DNA of 64,000 bases from Macrostomum hystrix. Taxonomy: Eukaryota; Animalia; Platyhelminthes. Below are positions 11,501 through 24,279 of the stretch, in pieces. Below the pieces are notes generated by a model. That model was not told where the DNA came from. It ran no database searches and saw only the letters and a list, made by a program, of their open reading frames with translations. Made by a program: the position numbers and the translations under genes. The stretch covers positions 3,348,001 through 3,412,000 of the forward strand of contig CATNEN010000033.1 of assembly GCA_950097015.1 (NCBI GenBank). The letters are read 5' to 3'. Positions within the stretch are counted from its first letter, which is position 1, and every line of letters begins with the position of its first letter.

Positions 11501-14500
11501 CAGATTCGGTTGCTAAGGAAAAGAAGAAGCGAGGCAGCAGCGGCAACGGCCCTTCGGCTCCAAAGTCTGTCAAATTTGACGATGTCCAGCGGCGCCTCAA
11601 ATCGATCCGCTAATTCTGAGAGCGGAAGCGTCGGTGTCGATTCGCTTCCTTCTGCAGCTTCACAGACTGCCAAACTGGACGATCTCAGCAGCGCCTCCAA
11701 TCGATCCGCTGATTCTGAGAGACAAGTCAGCTGCATTGATTCGTTTCCTCCTGCAGCTTCACACACTGCCAAACTGGACGATCTCAGCAGCGCCTCCAAT
11801 CGATCCGCTGATTATGAGAGACAAGTCAGCTGCCTTGATTCGCTTCCTCCTGCAGCTTCACACACTGCCAAACTGGACGATCTCAGCAGCGCCTCCAATC
11901 GATCCGCTGATTATGAGAGACAACTCAGCTGCCTTGATTCGCTTCCTCCTGCAGCTTCACACACTGCCAAACTGGACGATGTTAGCAGCGCCTCCGATCG
12001 ACCTGGTGAGTCCCGCTTGACAATGCCATATGAATAAGAGCTAAAACAGACCAATTTTAGCATTGAAATATTAAAAACGCATTTCCTGGAACACTGCTGA
12101 AAGACACTAAACAGTCGGCATTTTTCAGCTTAGAAGACAGGGCATTGTTGGGACATGCAGTTCAAAGTGTGTTCTGATAAAACAGGGCATTTTTAGGACA
12201 TGCAGAACAAAGTGTGTCGCGATAAAACAGGGCATTGTTGGGACATGCAGATCAAAGTGTGTTTCGATTCAACAGGGCATTGTTGGGACACAAGAGATTA
12301 TGTAAAGTGCATGCAGGAGATAAAAGTGTTCAATGTTTTCTCCCTTGTGTGCAGATTCGGTTGCTAAGAAAAAAAAGAAGCGAGGCAGCAGCGGCAACGG
12401 CCCTTTGGCTCCAAAGTCTGTCAAATTTGACGATGTCAGCAGCGCCTCTGATCGATCACCTGAGTTCAGGGGCAACGTCGGGACAGGCGTGATGTTTGAG
12501 AAGTTGTCTTTTGTTGGCCATTCTCAATGTTCTATTGAGGCTGACGCATTTTTGGGCGTGGCAGATGATGCTGCAACGTTTGCTCTTCTTGAACCAGTTA
12601 CTGCAACGTTTACTCGAAGTGGATTGTCTTTTGCTGCTGGTTGCGGTGACCCGTATGCTTTGTCACCGTGTGACTCAGCCCAAGGCCTGGTGGATTCTGA
12701 CTGTAATCTGGTTAATTGTGAACTAACCGAAGTTCCTGTCGAACATGTTTTACGTGATTTTAGCGATCTATCAATGCCATCTCAGCTTGTGAACTATGTT
12801 AGTACCGAAGAAGTAAAACATCATGAAAGTAGTCTTCATTCTCATCACGGTGATATGTTTGGCCCTCAGACGACACATGAAGTTTTACCTGAAGGCGGCT
12901 CAACTGTAAGACAAATCGAAGAGAACTCTGAATCTGTAGACTTTGATTTGCCGTGTAAAGCAGAAAAATGTCAACCTAAAGGCAGTGTAGTTTTGCAGAA
13001 GTTTGTTTCCTCGATTACCAAGATCCACCACTGCAAGTATTGTGGCAAAATGTTGACAAAAATCTCGAGACATTATAAAACTTCTCACAAGAAGGAATCT
13101 GATGTTATGCGCATACTTAAGATGCACAACAAGTCACGCCGAAAGAGGGCGTTTAAAGCTTTAGAAAGTGAAGGCGACTTCGTTCATAATAGAATAGTGT
13201 TAGCAAAGCAAGAGGGAGAACTGATAATTGCTAGGCGGCAAAAGGACGATGAAAACAGTCCGGATGACTTTTTGCCTTGTCATACGTGTTTTCAATTCAT
13301 AAAAAAAGATCTTCTTTACCGACACAAGAATACTTGCTCAGGAAGCCTGCACGATATTCTTGAGGAAGACAGCAATGACAATGAAAGTGAGGATTCAATA
13401 GACTCTGCGAAGTCAATGCAGGAAAAAGAAAACCGAAGTGTATCGACCAAATACTGCCAGCAGCTGTCACGCCTTCTATTGTCAAATCCGGCAGCGGGAT
13501 CGAATCTCTTAGATCCTGAGTCAGAACTCTACAAGACCGTGCTGTCGAAGCTTGCTGCTGACGAGGTTTTTGATGTTATTTGTACGGAGGATCTTATTCT
13601 TCGTCTCGGAGAGCGGTATAGATCAAAGCAGAAGAAGCTTAATCGGCAGCATGTTTCAAGCGTTATCAGAGATGCTGCACGCATCTTAATCGAGCTTCGG
13701 AAAATTCACGGAAATCATAGCTTGAAGCATTTCTTACAGCCACACTTTTTCGACGACTGGATCGACATAATAAGAAAATTATCTAAAGATGCACCATCAT
13801 TTGCACTTCGAGCAGGAAATTTTATTCCTCATCTATGCAACATAGTGATTGGAGACGCCATCCGTAAAGGGGATGATAGTTTAAAAAAGTCAACGTCCGA
13901 TTTCCTTACGTTGAAAACCACGGAGTACCATCCACTTGTCACCGCTAAATGCTTGAAAGAACTAAACGATAAAGCATCACGTCCACAGGACTCAGTGCCT
14001 CTGACGGAGGACATCGTCGCCGTCTCTACTTTTATTAAATCCGCAATCGCTAGAACAATTGAGGAGGCAGAAGATGCGCTAAAATGTAGTAAATCGCCAA
14101 TGCCTCGTTTGTATCGCGAGCTTGTTTACTTGGTAATGACAAAACTAGCATTTTACAACCGACGTCGCTCAAGCGAGATTTCTGAATTGGATTTTGATCT
14201 TCTAAAGTCCATGCATCAATCCCACACGCATGAGGATTTGCATAAGTACATGTCACCGCTAGAGCAGAAACTGGCTAGCAGATTAAAAATTGTCAACATA
14301 GCAGGGAAGAAAGGCCGCTCCGTCCCAATACTAATTGAACAGCTTTGCTGGAATGGAATCCTTTGCATTGAAAAGTGCAGAAAACAGGCCGGAGTCAAGG
14401 ACAACAACAACTTCGTATTCGCCATTCCGGGCTACGATGAGTCTGTATACCGCTGTTCAGTTGCGATCGACCAAGTTGTACGCCTCGGTAACTTGGAGTT

Positions 14501-15669
14501 GAAGAGACCGGAATTACTACGATCAAGATATTTGAGACGCCACTGCGCTACTGTTTCACAACTGCTTGATTTGACGTCAGCAGAACTAGACTGGCTTGCA
14601 CGGCACCTTGGACATGACATAACAGTTCACAGGCAGTACTACAGAATGCACCAAAACACACTTGAGTTGACCAAAGTTTCACGAATTCTGGAAATTATGG
14701 ACAGCGGAAAACTTGGTCACTTTAAGGGCCGAAAACTCGAGGACATTACTTTAGAAGAAATGGACAGTGTGCTACCCATCGGAGCCGACGAAATCGACGT
14801 AGAAGCCTCTGCGTCCGCTGAACAAAGTAAGCAGCCGAAGCGAAGCAGCAGCAACGATTATTCAAACGATTGCTCGCCTTTAACGGTTGCTAAAGTCAGT
14901 CCAAGTCAGTCCAAGAGAGTTGGCCTCAGCAATCAAGGTCCAACGACTGCCCAACATGGCGACAGGTCACCACCGTCCAGCAAAGAAGACGGCATCACAG
15001 ACAAGTTTTCCCGGAGAGTTGAAAAGGCAAACGCGAAACATTCAAAGGAAGCTTCGAAGTCAGGTGAGGAGACGATAAAATAAAATAAATATCGTAATAT
15101 ATTCAGCTTGAAATCCTATATAAATAGGAGCTAAAGCAGGGCTGATAAACTTTTCGGTGTTAATATTAAAAACGCATTTCCTGGAACACTCCTGAAACTG
15201 AAAGACACTAAACAGTCGGCATCTCTCAGCTTAGAAAACAGGGCATTGTTGGGACATGCAGATCAAAGTGTAATGTGATTGTATTGAAGAGCACATTGTT
15301 AGGATATGCAGACCAAAATGTGTGTTCTCATTGTGTGAACTCCCTGATAGTGTTTTGACGACATAGTGCTAGGTTATGTTATTGCTGTATGTATGGTAGG
15401 TATGGTATGGTATCTTATTTAAGTTAGATATTGCAGTGTTCCGCATTGCCTCATTACGTGCATATGTCTACTTTCCTTTTTCAGCAAAGCGGCTCACAGA
15501 TGAACAGAAGAAGGATATGTGCGAGGCATTCGCTCACTTCATTCAACAAGGCACTCTTCCTGGGAAGAAGGATATTCTGGAGCTGCGGCCTGATTCGATG
15601 GCTAACATTGAATGGAAAAAAATCAAAGACAATTTGAGGGTAGCAGTGGTTAAGGCTCGCAACAATTAG
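8530..15669 (+). CDS. Spliced tyrosine recombinase (Crypton-type transposase-like) gene. Proposed exons: 8530-8759, 8863-8927, 9029-9208, 9287-9652, 10002-10304, 10654-11154, 11504-12005, 12355-15063, 15485-15669
   Basis: The main exon has YR catalytic-type motifs: FYNRRRSSEISEL (R), GKKGRSVPILI (K), RSRYLRRHCAT, LARHLGHDITVHRQYYR (H, Y). It also has Zn-finger-like CKYC..RHYKTSH and PCHTC..RHKNTC. All introns are GT-AG and phase-compatible, except a +1 in the 11504-12005 copy. The last exon encodes FAHFIQQGTLPGKK..EWKKIKD, which I recall as a C-terminal domain of this animal YR family. Confidence 0.75.
9653..12354 (+). repeat. Tandem amplification of an intron+exon unit (units of 652, 850, 851 bp) with an internal 99-bp coding repeat
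   Basis: The donor CCTG|GTGAGTCCCGC recurs at 9653, 10305, 11155 and 12006. The acceptor GTGTGCAG|ATTCGG recurs at 10002, 10654, 11504 and 12355. Confidence 0.9.
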
Positions 15670-16669
15670 TAAAAGAAGTAATTCGGCTTTCTTGCTTTTC
15701 GGGACTAATAGTTGCAATTTTCTGAATTAAAAAAAGAGCTATTACTTATCAAATGAGATAAGTTACATGACATCAACAAAATGATGCTTCAAACACAGGA
15801 TATGTGTCGTTTGTATGTAATTTTGTGTAGCAAAGGACTCTGGGTGGACAACATTTGTATCAGAAGGTTTTTTTAAGCTAGTTTATTGGTCTTGCTGTTA
15901 CTTTTATATTAGTAGACTCAGTCTGAATATTATTGTTAGTAAGATGCGAGGATTTTAATTCAATGCCCTTTTCACTGCTGGTACAACAGTACCAATACAA
16001 AACAGTACAACAGTAAATTACGGAAGCTCTGTACCTTTTTGGAAAGGAGAAGAAAAAAGATTTACAGCTATTTACATCAGTAGACACTAGACAATGACCA
16101 ATAAGGAGTGCGTGCTAGCTTTGCTTTGGGCGGCGGGCGGGTCTAGCTGTCAATATTTGTCATTGTTCTTTTATTTTCATTGTAATTTCATTATCCTTTC
16201 AATATTGTCTGTTTTTTTCACGCTTTATGCCCAATAATCAATTCATCGTGAACTTATTCAGATATAATCATTTTAATGTTTTATTAAAAGAAACAGACGA
16301 GCATGAGCAGGAAACAATGCCACCTTGCACACACTACTGCTACAGAATGGAATGGATGGCTGGGGAAGGGGCACGGAGCAGCTGATGGGCTACAGGCACT
16401 GCGGCACTTTCGATCCGCTTTAACAAGAAAATAAAGGGAGGGAATTTTCCCCAGCGCGATAAAAAGATTCCTTATTGATTTAATGCGTGATAAAATAGGA
16501 TTAGACAAATAGCTACCAGTTTCTATTGCCATGCTACTTTTGAGACTACTGTTGTCTAATCATTTTATCACTAATTAAATCAATTAGTATGCTTTTATCG
16601 CTTTTCGTGTTTAATCATCAGTGATTTATTATTTTCGTGCTTCTTTGTATGTCTCATCTATTTTATCGC

Positions 16670-17120
16670 CAGTTAAATCAATTATTTCATTTTATTGCTT
16701 TCTATGCCTTATCTTCTACTTATCGCAGTTTAATTCAGCAGTTATCATTTTAATCCCTCTTTTAATGTCTAATTATCCATTTTATCGCCATTTAAATCAA
16801 TTATTTCATTTTTATTGCTCTCTATGCCTAATCTTCTACTTATCGCAGTTTAATTCAGCAGTTATCATTTTAATGCCTCTTTTTTAATGTCTAATTATCC
16901 ATTTTATCGCCATTTAAATCAATTATTTCATTTTATTGCTTTCTATGCCTAATCTTCTACTTATCGCAGTTTAATTCAGCAGTTATCATTTTAATGCCTT
17001 TTTTTTAATGTCTAATTATCCATTTTATCGCCATTTAAATCAATGATTTCATTTTTATTGCTTTCTATGCTTAATCTTCTACTTATCGCAGTTTAATTCA
17101 GCAGTTATCATTTAAAGCTT
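16670..17120. repeat. AT-rich ~120-bp tandem repeat, ~4 copies
   Basis: ATCTTCTACTTATCGCAGTTTAATTCAGCAGTTATCATTT recurs at about 120-bp spacing. Confidence 0.85.
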
Positions 17121-17525
17121 TTTTTTAAGTCTAAAATTATACGAGTATATTTTCACATTTTTTCATCTTTCATATAACTTCTAAATATTTGTCAATTCGA
17201 TAAATAATTATTCACTGGACATTCACAAACATAATTTTTTTAAATATAATTAATTATCGTTTCTTTATATTAAAGTTTGTTATATTCCCGCTCAGTTTTT
17301 TTCACAATGGACCTTAATCTTTCTTAGTGCAGGACCCATTCGACGCACCAAAAATGCGTATTAGACTTCTATTAGTAAGTGGAGAGTGCATTTGATCCTA
17401 AAATGTTTTAAAACAGTGTTGGACGCATGTGTCGGGACACGTGTGTGTATAATTTTTCGTGTGTCCGTGCAGTCCCTATAAGTGCCCACTTTTATACAAG
17501 TGGCCAATAAATGCCCGGTGCCCGT

Positions 17526-17647
17526 TTGTGTGAGTGTGTGAGTGTGAGTGTGTGAGTGTGTGAGTGTGTGAGTGTGTGAGTGTGTGAGTGAGTGTGTGAG
17601 TGTGAGTGTGTGAGTGTGTGAGTGTGTGAGTGTGAGTGTGTGAGTGA
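17526..17647. repeat. (GTGA/GT)n microsatellite
   Basis: Visible directly. Confidence 0.95.
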
Positions 17648-18082
17648 GGCCAGATCATTGGGCCTAGAGGCATAGAGGGGATACTTGGGAATAGTGCGCA
17701 AGCTCCTCTGCCTTGGCCCCTCCATCGCTCTGCGCTCGCACAATCGTTTCGGAGGATGCGTCAGTGGTCGGCAGGAGAGCGGGGGAGGGTAGAGGGGAGC
17801 GCTGCGCTTGGGTTGAAAAGCTCTCGGAAACCGAGAAGCAGTTTTCGTCTGTCTGGCTGTCTGTAGACCGCAAACCAACTGTGGATTCGTTATATCACTG
17901 CCGCTCGCTCCTTCGGCTGCGAGATGTCCTAAATTGTCGTCATCGCCAATGCGCCTGCAGAATTACTTTCAATTGTGAGGTTTCAATTGTGAGGCGCAGT
18001 GACTACCCATGACTGGTTAACAACCCAACTAGCGTAAGTGGCGCTGAAATTTATCTCCTAGGAATCAGGTCAAAAGCTTGCA

Positions 18083-18425
18083 ACAACACACACCGCCCAC
18101 TCCCTGCAACCACACACCCTGCAACCACACACCCTGCAACCATGCACCCTGTAACCATACACCCTGCAACCACACACCCTGCAACCACACACCCTGCAAC
18201 CACACACCCTGCAACCATGCACCCTGTAACCATGCACCCTGTAACCATACACCCTGCAACCACACACCCTGCAACCACACACCCTGCAACCACACACCCT
18301 GCAACCACACACCCTGCAACCACACACCCTGCAACCACACACCCTGCAACCACACACCCTGCAACCTCCAGCCCTGCTTTCCCTCTCCCTACAAGTTCAC
18401 TCCCTTTAATCCCACTCCCTGCAAC
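18083..18425. repeat. 15-bp minisatellite (CACACACCCTGCAAC)
   Basis: More than 18 tandem units. Confidence 0.95.
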
Positions 18426-18480
18426 ACCATATATTAGCATGGCTGTGAAGACATAAAAACAACTTCTGGAAGCTATCATT

Positions 18481-18735
18481 GGGTACGACGGTCAGAGCTG
18501 TCTGACGCGCCTTACTCTCGCACCAATGTTCCCTAGCTCGATTCCACGGCGAGACCACATTAATACATCGTGCAATATGCGCCCTTAAGGGGCAAACCAC
18601 CAAGGCACGCTGAGTGTGTACACTGCCTGGCGATGAGAAAGTCAGGGCAGATGTACACACCTGTATCTGTGTGCGTGTGTGCTCAGGAGTCAGCGAAATG
18701 GGCAGATTGTGCCCACAGCCCTCCTGCAATAATAA
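18481..18735 (+). mobile_element. tRNA-headed SINE-like element, degenerate copy
   Basis: Shares CGATTCCACGGCGAG, GATGAGAAAGTCAGGGCAG and GTGTGTGCTCAGGAGTCAGCGAAATGGGCAGA with the copy at 61779-62146; short (AAT)n tail. Confidence 0.7.
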
Positions 18736-19419
18736 TACTGTATAACATCATTGCCCAGAACATTAAAAAACCAGACTTAGTTTAACTGCGCTATTCAGTT
18801 TCTTAGAAGTGTCAAAATGATACGAACATGCAGCCCGGGTGTCCTGAATTCGATTCTATTTCTATGAAATAGCGGAACTGTCTGATCCACTTCCCCACCG
18901 ACTCTGTTAGCGGGGAGGGGGCATTATTTTATCGAGAAATCTGGTCTCACCGCCTGCCCCAGAAGTATTAAGGGACGAATTCAATTTCTGAGATCTCTGC
19001 CCGGCAGTTGGCGGGTCATGGACCTCGGCTCGGGACTCGGTAATCTCATTTCCCCTCGTCTCAACCGCTCTAAGGCTCTCTGCAGTTTTAGACAGGGTAT
19101 TATCTGAGCATTCTCTTGCTAGAAGCCTGCTCAACTGTCTTTGAGTCTCTGTCTAATAGATTATAGATTCATATTCAGATTTCATAAATCCTCAGTCGTA
19201 ATCCCCTCTGAAAACTTTTCCTCTGGAATCTCGGAAAGGAAATCCGCTGCCCTAACCCGATTTCCGAACTAATTTCTTCGATTCCCGGTGACGAAATCAA
19301 CTTTCCGAATCTTAATCGGAAATTACCTCTCGTAGTGAAAATTTTCGGATTCAGAAATTACCATACCGAATGCCGATTCCGAAAAATCTCATATGGAAAA
19401 AATCCGAAAATCATTTCTT

Positions 19420-19920
19420 CAAATCTCAACCCGAAAATCTTCTTTCCGAGTCTCAACCCGAAAATCTTCATCCCGAGTCTCAACCCGAAAATCTTCATCC
19501 CGAGTCTCAACCCGTAAATCCACTTCCCGAATCTCAACCCGAAAATCCACTTCCCGAAGCTCAACCCGACAATCCACTTCCCGAGTCTCAACCCGAAAAT
19601 CCACTTCCCGAGTCTCAACCCGAAAATCTTCTTCCCGAGTCTCAACCCGAAAATCTTCATCCCGAGTCTCAACCCGAAAATCTTCTTCCCGAGTCTCAAC
19701 CCGAAAATCCACTTCCCGAATCTCAACCCGAAAATCCACTTCCCGAATCTCAACCCGAAAATCTTCATCCCGAGTCTCAACCCGAAAATCTTCTTCCCGA
19801 GTCTCAACCCGAAAATCTTCTTCCCGAGTCTCAACCCGAAAATCCACTTCCCGAATCTCAACCCGAAAATCCACTTCCGAATCTCAACCCGAAAATCCAC
19901 TTCCTGAATCTGGATCCGAA
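19420..19920. repeat. 27-bp minisatellite (TCTCAACCCGAAAATCCACTTCCCGAG)
   Basis: Tandem units; source of the SQPENPLPE ORF. Confidence 0.9.
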
Positions 19921-21427
19921 AATCCTCTTCCGGAACCCATTCCGAAAATGGGAAGATTCACTGCTGAGACGTTTCGACTTCTGTTAACCTTTAAACTCAT
20001 TTTTTCGATCCCATTGCCAACGTCGCTCCCAGTTGAATATCCCATCTTTGCCCCCGATCCTCTAAAAGAGATTTCGCAGCACCGCCTCCTCGCTGGCTCG
20101 GTCGTGTTTCCTGGGCCAATTTTATTTTCTTTAATGGAGCCCGCACAGGCAGCAGCCGCGGCTGCTTCTCCATCAACAACTCCCAAGGCCGCGCAAAAAT
20201 TGCTGGAAAAATTTCAGCTTTGGAAAATGCAAAACCACTGCCTTGGTAGCTAGCGGCTTCAACTGATCCACTGGTGCGCTTTCCTGTGTTCTTTTTTCCT
20301 TCTCTCGGCCGTCGGACATTGAGAGGCCTCTGGGAGCTTTGCTTGCGGGATCTAATTGCTTCCATTGCCTCCAAAGATCCGGGTTGTCAGGTGAAATTTG
20401 AATGGCGTGCACGCCAGTTTTCTTTCCAGCTTTCTTGGAATGCGCCCCGATCGCTGATCCTCCGCTCCTAAGCCTCGGCCTTCATTGATCGACTTGGCTT
20501 CTTATGGTTCGTGCACTTCATTAAAAAAATAGTGCACTGAATGAGACTGACTGCAACAAAGCAGCACCCTAAATACTCGTAACTATGGCAACGTGAAAAT
20601 GTCTATGAGGCTGCTTGGATATCTTACCGAGTACTTGCTATGGTTGTGCATATCTCGCGCCAATTTCCTTCGTACTCTGCTTAACTGCTTCCCTCATTTA
20701 ATATCATTCTATGGTGTGAGATCATTCCTTATCTCAATTCTTACGCCTCTAACCCTGCCCTCACTTCTTTAGCCACCCCACTCCTCCACCGAATCGCTTG
20801 CGCCGCATTCCTTATCTCTATTCTTACGCCTCTAACCCTGCCCTCACTTCTTTAGCCACCCCACTCCTCCACCGAATAGCTTGCGCCGCATTCCGTTTTT
20901 TCTGTCGAAGGCCTTCACCCTAGCGGGGGATTAGCACGCAAATCTGCCATATTCTCATAAACTCTATCGTCTCTCTCTCTTCTCTTTCTCTGTCTCTCTC
21001 CTCGTTCTCTTTCTGTCTAATACACATCTAGCTGACTCGTTAAGTCTGCTCACACAAGCTCCTCCCAAGTTAATGTTGGTGTCCCAGCAAATCACAGTCG
21101 AGCCTATAGGGATCTGCTTCCATCTCATCCCATCGGCCTCTTCTGTATTCCCATTCTCGGCTGCTTTGCGCGGCTAGTATCTCTTGTCTTTATTTTTGTC
21201 TGAGCATTTTTATTTCGTTCCATGAGCTCTTCAGACACTTAGATCTTTAAGATCTTCTCGTGTGCTCCTCCCTGTTTGCAACCGAATCACCGGGCGGACT
21301 GAGCGCATGCGAAGCGCATTCTGGGCTGGCCTGCTGGCCTGCTGGCCACTGCGTGAGCACCTTTGTGAGCACCTCTGTAAGAAGCTCTGCGAGCAGCTCT
21401 TGTACTTCTATGAAACTCGCAAATGCT

Positions 21428-22140
21428 AGACAGGACCATGGGATAACAGACAGGGCCATAGAATACCAGACAGGACCATAGAATACCAGACAGGGCCATA
21501 GAATACCAGACAGGGCCATAGAATAACAGACAGGGCCTTAGAATACCAGACAGGGCCATAGAAAAACAGACAGGACCATAGAATAACAGACACAGGACCA
21601 TAGAATAACAGACACAGGACCATAGAATACCAGACAGGACCATAGAAAAACAGACAGGACCATAGAATAACAGACACAGGACCATAGAATAACAGACAGG
21701 ACCATAGAATACCAGACAGGGCCATAGAATAACAGACAGGGCCATAGAATAACAGACAGGACCATAGAATAACAGACACAGGACCATAGAATAACAGACA
21801 GGACCATAGAATACCAGACAGGGCCATAGAATACCAGACAGGGCCATAGAATAACAGACAGGACCATAGAATAACAGACAGGACCATAGAATACCAGACA
21901 GGGCCATAGAATACCAGACAGGGCCATAGAATACCAGACAGGGCCATAGAATAACAGACAGGGCCATAGAATACCAGACAGGGCCATAGAATAACAGACA
22001 CAGGACCATAGAATACCAGACAGGACCATAGAAAAACAGACAGGACCATAGAAAAACAGACAGGACCATAGAATAACAGACAGGACCATAGAATAACAGA
22101 CACAGGACCATAGAATAACAGACACAGGACCATAGAATAG
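21428..22140. repeat. 20-bp minisatellite (GGCCATAGAATACCAGACAG variants)
   Basis: More than 30 tandem units. Confidence 0.95.
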
Positions 22141-22639
22141 GAGACAGGATTTTTTATAAATAAATCTACTAAAAAGCCAAATGTTTGAGCAAAACACTTG
22201 CTCAAATTGTTTATTGTTTGCATTCGGGAAGAAAATTTTTGCATCTAAATCTAGCTCAGTAGGAAGTATCAGATCTCACATTAGGATAAATTCTTAAAGA
22301 TAATATCGCTCGAATTCCATATTTGTGTGTCTGTGTCTGTGTGTGTGTGTGTGCGTCATTTTCTCCCAGAAGCAGCCTCACCCCAACTACAAAGTCTGCA
22401 GTCAGCCATTGTGGCAAAAAAAGCAGAATTTCGCTTCAGAAGGAATCTTTGATCGGAGAGGCGTGTTAAGGCAGTCAGCCTGTGCATGGGATAAGGCTGG
22501 GAGTCGGTATGCTCTATTTGAGACTTTGAGCTGTCAGTGGACAAGCGATCGATGTGTCCAGGCTTTGTGTAGTTCATTTTCGGATCATTTTAAAGAGCCA
22601 ATAATTTTACACTTGATATATTAACAAACGTCAAGCAAC

Positions 22640-23790
22640 TCTGTCTGTTTGGTAGATTGTCTGTTTGGTAGATTGTCTGTCTGTTTGGTAGATTGTCTGT
22701 TTGGTAGATTGTCTGTTTGGTAGATTGTCTGTTTGGTAGATTGTCTGTTTGGTAGATTGTCTGTTTGGTAGATTGTCTGTTTGGTAGATTGTCTGTTTGG
22801 TAGATTGTCTGTTTGGTAGATTGTCTGTTTGGTAGATTGTCTGTTTGGTAGATTGTCTGTTTGGTAGATTGTCTGTTTGGTAGATTGTCTGTTTGGTAGA
22901 TTGTCTGTTTGGTAGATTGTCTGTTTGGTAGATTGTCTATTTGGTAGATTGTCTGTTTGGTAGATTGTCTGTTTGGTAGATTGTCTGTTTGGTAGATTGT
23001 CTGTTTGGTAGATTGTCTGTTTGGTAGATTGTCTGTTTGGTAGATTGTCTGTTTGGTAGATTGTCTGTTTGGTAGATTGTCTGTTTGGTAGATTGTCTGT
23101 TTGGTAGATTGTCTGTTTGGTAGATTGTCTGTTTGGTAGATTGTCTGTTTGGTAGATTGTCTGTTTGGTGCATTGTCTGTTTGGTGCATTGTCTGTTTGG
23201 TGCATTGTCTGTCTGGTTGGTAGATTGTCTGTTTGGTAGATTGTCTGTTTGGTAGATTGTCTGTCTGGTAGATTGTCTGTCTGGTAGATTGTCTGTTTGG
23301 TAGATTGTCTGTCTGTTTGGTAGATTGTCTGTTTGGTGCATTGTCTGTCTGTTTGGTAGATTGTCTGTTTGGTGCATTGTCTGTCTGTTTGGTAGATTGT
23401 CTGTCTGTTTGGTAGATTGTCTGTTTGGTGCATTGTCTGTCTGGTTGGTAGATTGTCTGTCTGGTTGGTAGATTGTCTGTCTGTTCGGTGCATTTTCTGT
23501 CTGTTTGGTGCATTGTCTGTCTGGTTGGTAGATTGTCTGTCTGTTTGGTAGATTGTCTGTTTGGTAGATTGTCTGTTTGGTAGATTGTCTGTCTGTTTGG
23601 TAGATTGTCTGTTTGGTGCATTGTCTGTCTGTTTGGTAGATTGTCTGTTTGGTGCATTGTCTGTCTGTTTGGTAGATTGTCTGTCTGTTTGGTAGATTGT
23701 CTGTTTGGTGCATTGTCTGTCTGGTTGGTAGATTGTCTGTCTGGTTGGTAGATTGTCTGTCTGGTTGGTAGATTGTCTGTTTGGTGCATT
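22640..23790. repeat. 16-bp minisatellite (TTGTCTGTTTGGTAGA)
   Basis: About 65-70 units, with 20-bp variants. Confidence 0.95.
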
Positions 23791-24210
23791 TTCACATTTT
23801 CACATTGACAAGTGGACAATATCTACTGTCTTGTTACTAGTATTTTCTCTAGGTTGAATTATTTTGAGGCGGTCCACATTTATAAGTGTTGGTGACATGC
23901 ATGTGTGGCACTTGCATCGTTTCACAATAGCATCTTGCCACTTTCACTGTTGAATAGATTTCACTATTTGGTAAAATATATCCCAACAGACCTGATTGAC
24001 AGGCTCCGCGGGATTTTCAACGCCTATTGTTGCGATAGTTAGGTGAGACGGCTTGCCATAAACACACACGCACACACACCTGATGTTTATGCAATATGCG
24101 GACCGGACCCTCTGTTCCCTCTCATTTCTCCCAAGGGAATGAGGGAAGGGAATTTCTCCCAAGGGCTGGGCTGGGCGCGGCCTAGGAAAGAAAAGATTTT
24201 GAAAGAAGCA

Positions 24211-24212
<2 letters not shown>

Positions 24213-24278
<66 letters not shown>
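24213..24278. repeat. (CTG)n trinucleotide tract
   Basis: More than 20 uninterrupted CTG units. Confidence 0.95.

Positions 24279-24279
<1 letters not shown>

Larger units (their letters stand above)
6966..17484 (+). mobile_element. Candidate YR (Crypton-like) element; boundaries tentative
   Basis: Encloses the YR gene. Bounded by inverted boxes 7041-7054/17414-17427 (14/14 match) and 6966-6979/17471-17484 (13/14 match). Confidence 0.4.

Noticed and set aside
18051-18479. Cys/His-rich repeat proteins
   Set aside because: 15-bp minisatellite open in multiple frames on both strands.
21287-23819. Long ORFs of 219-409 aa
   Set aside because: They are translations of 20-bp and 16-bp minisatellites, open in several frames; no domain content.
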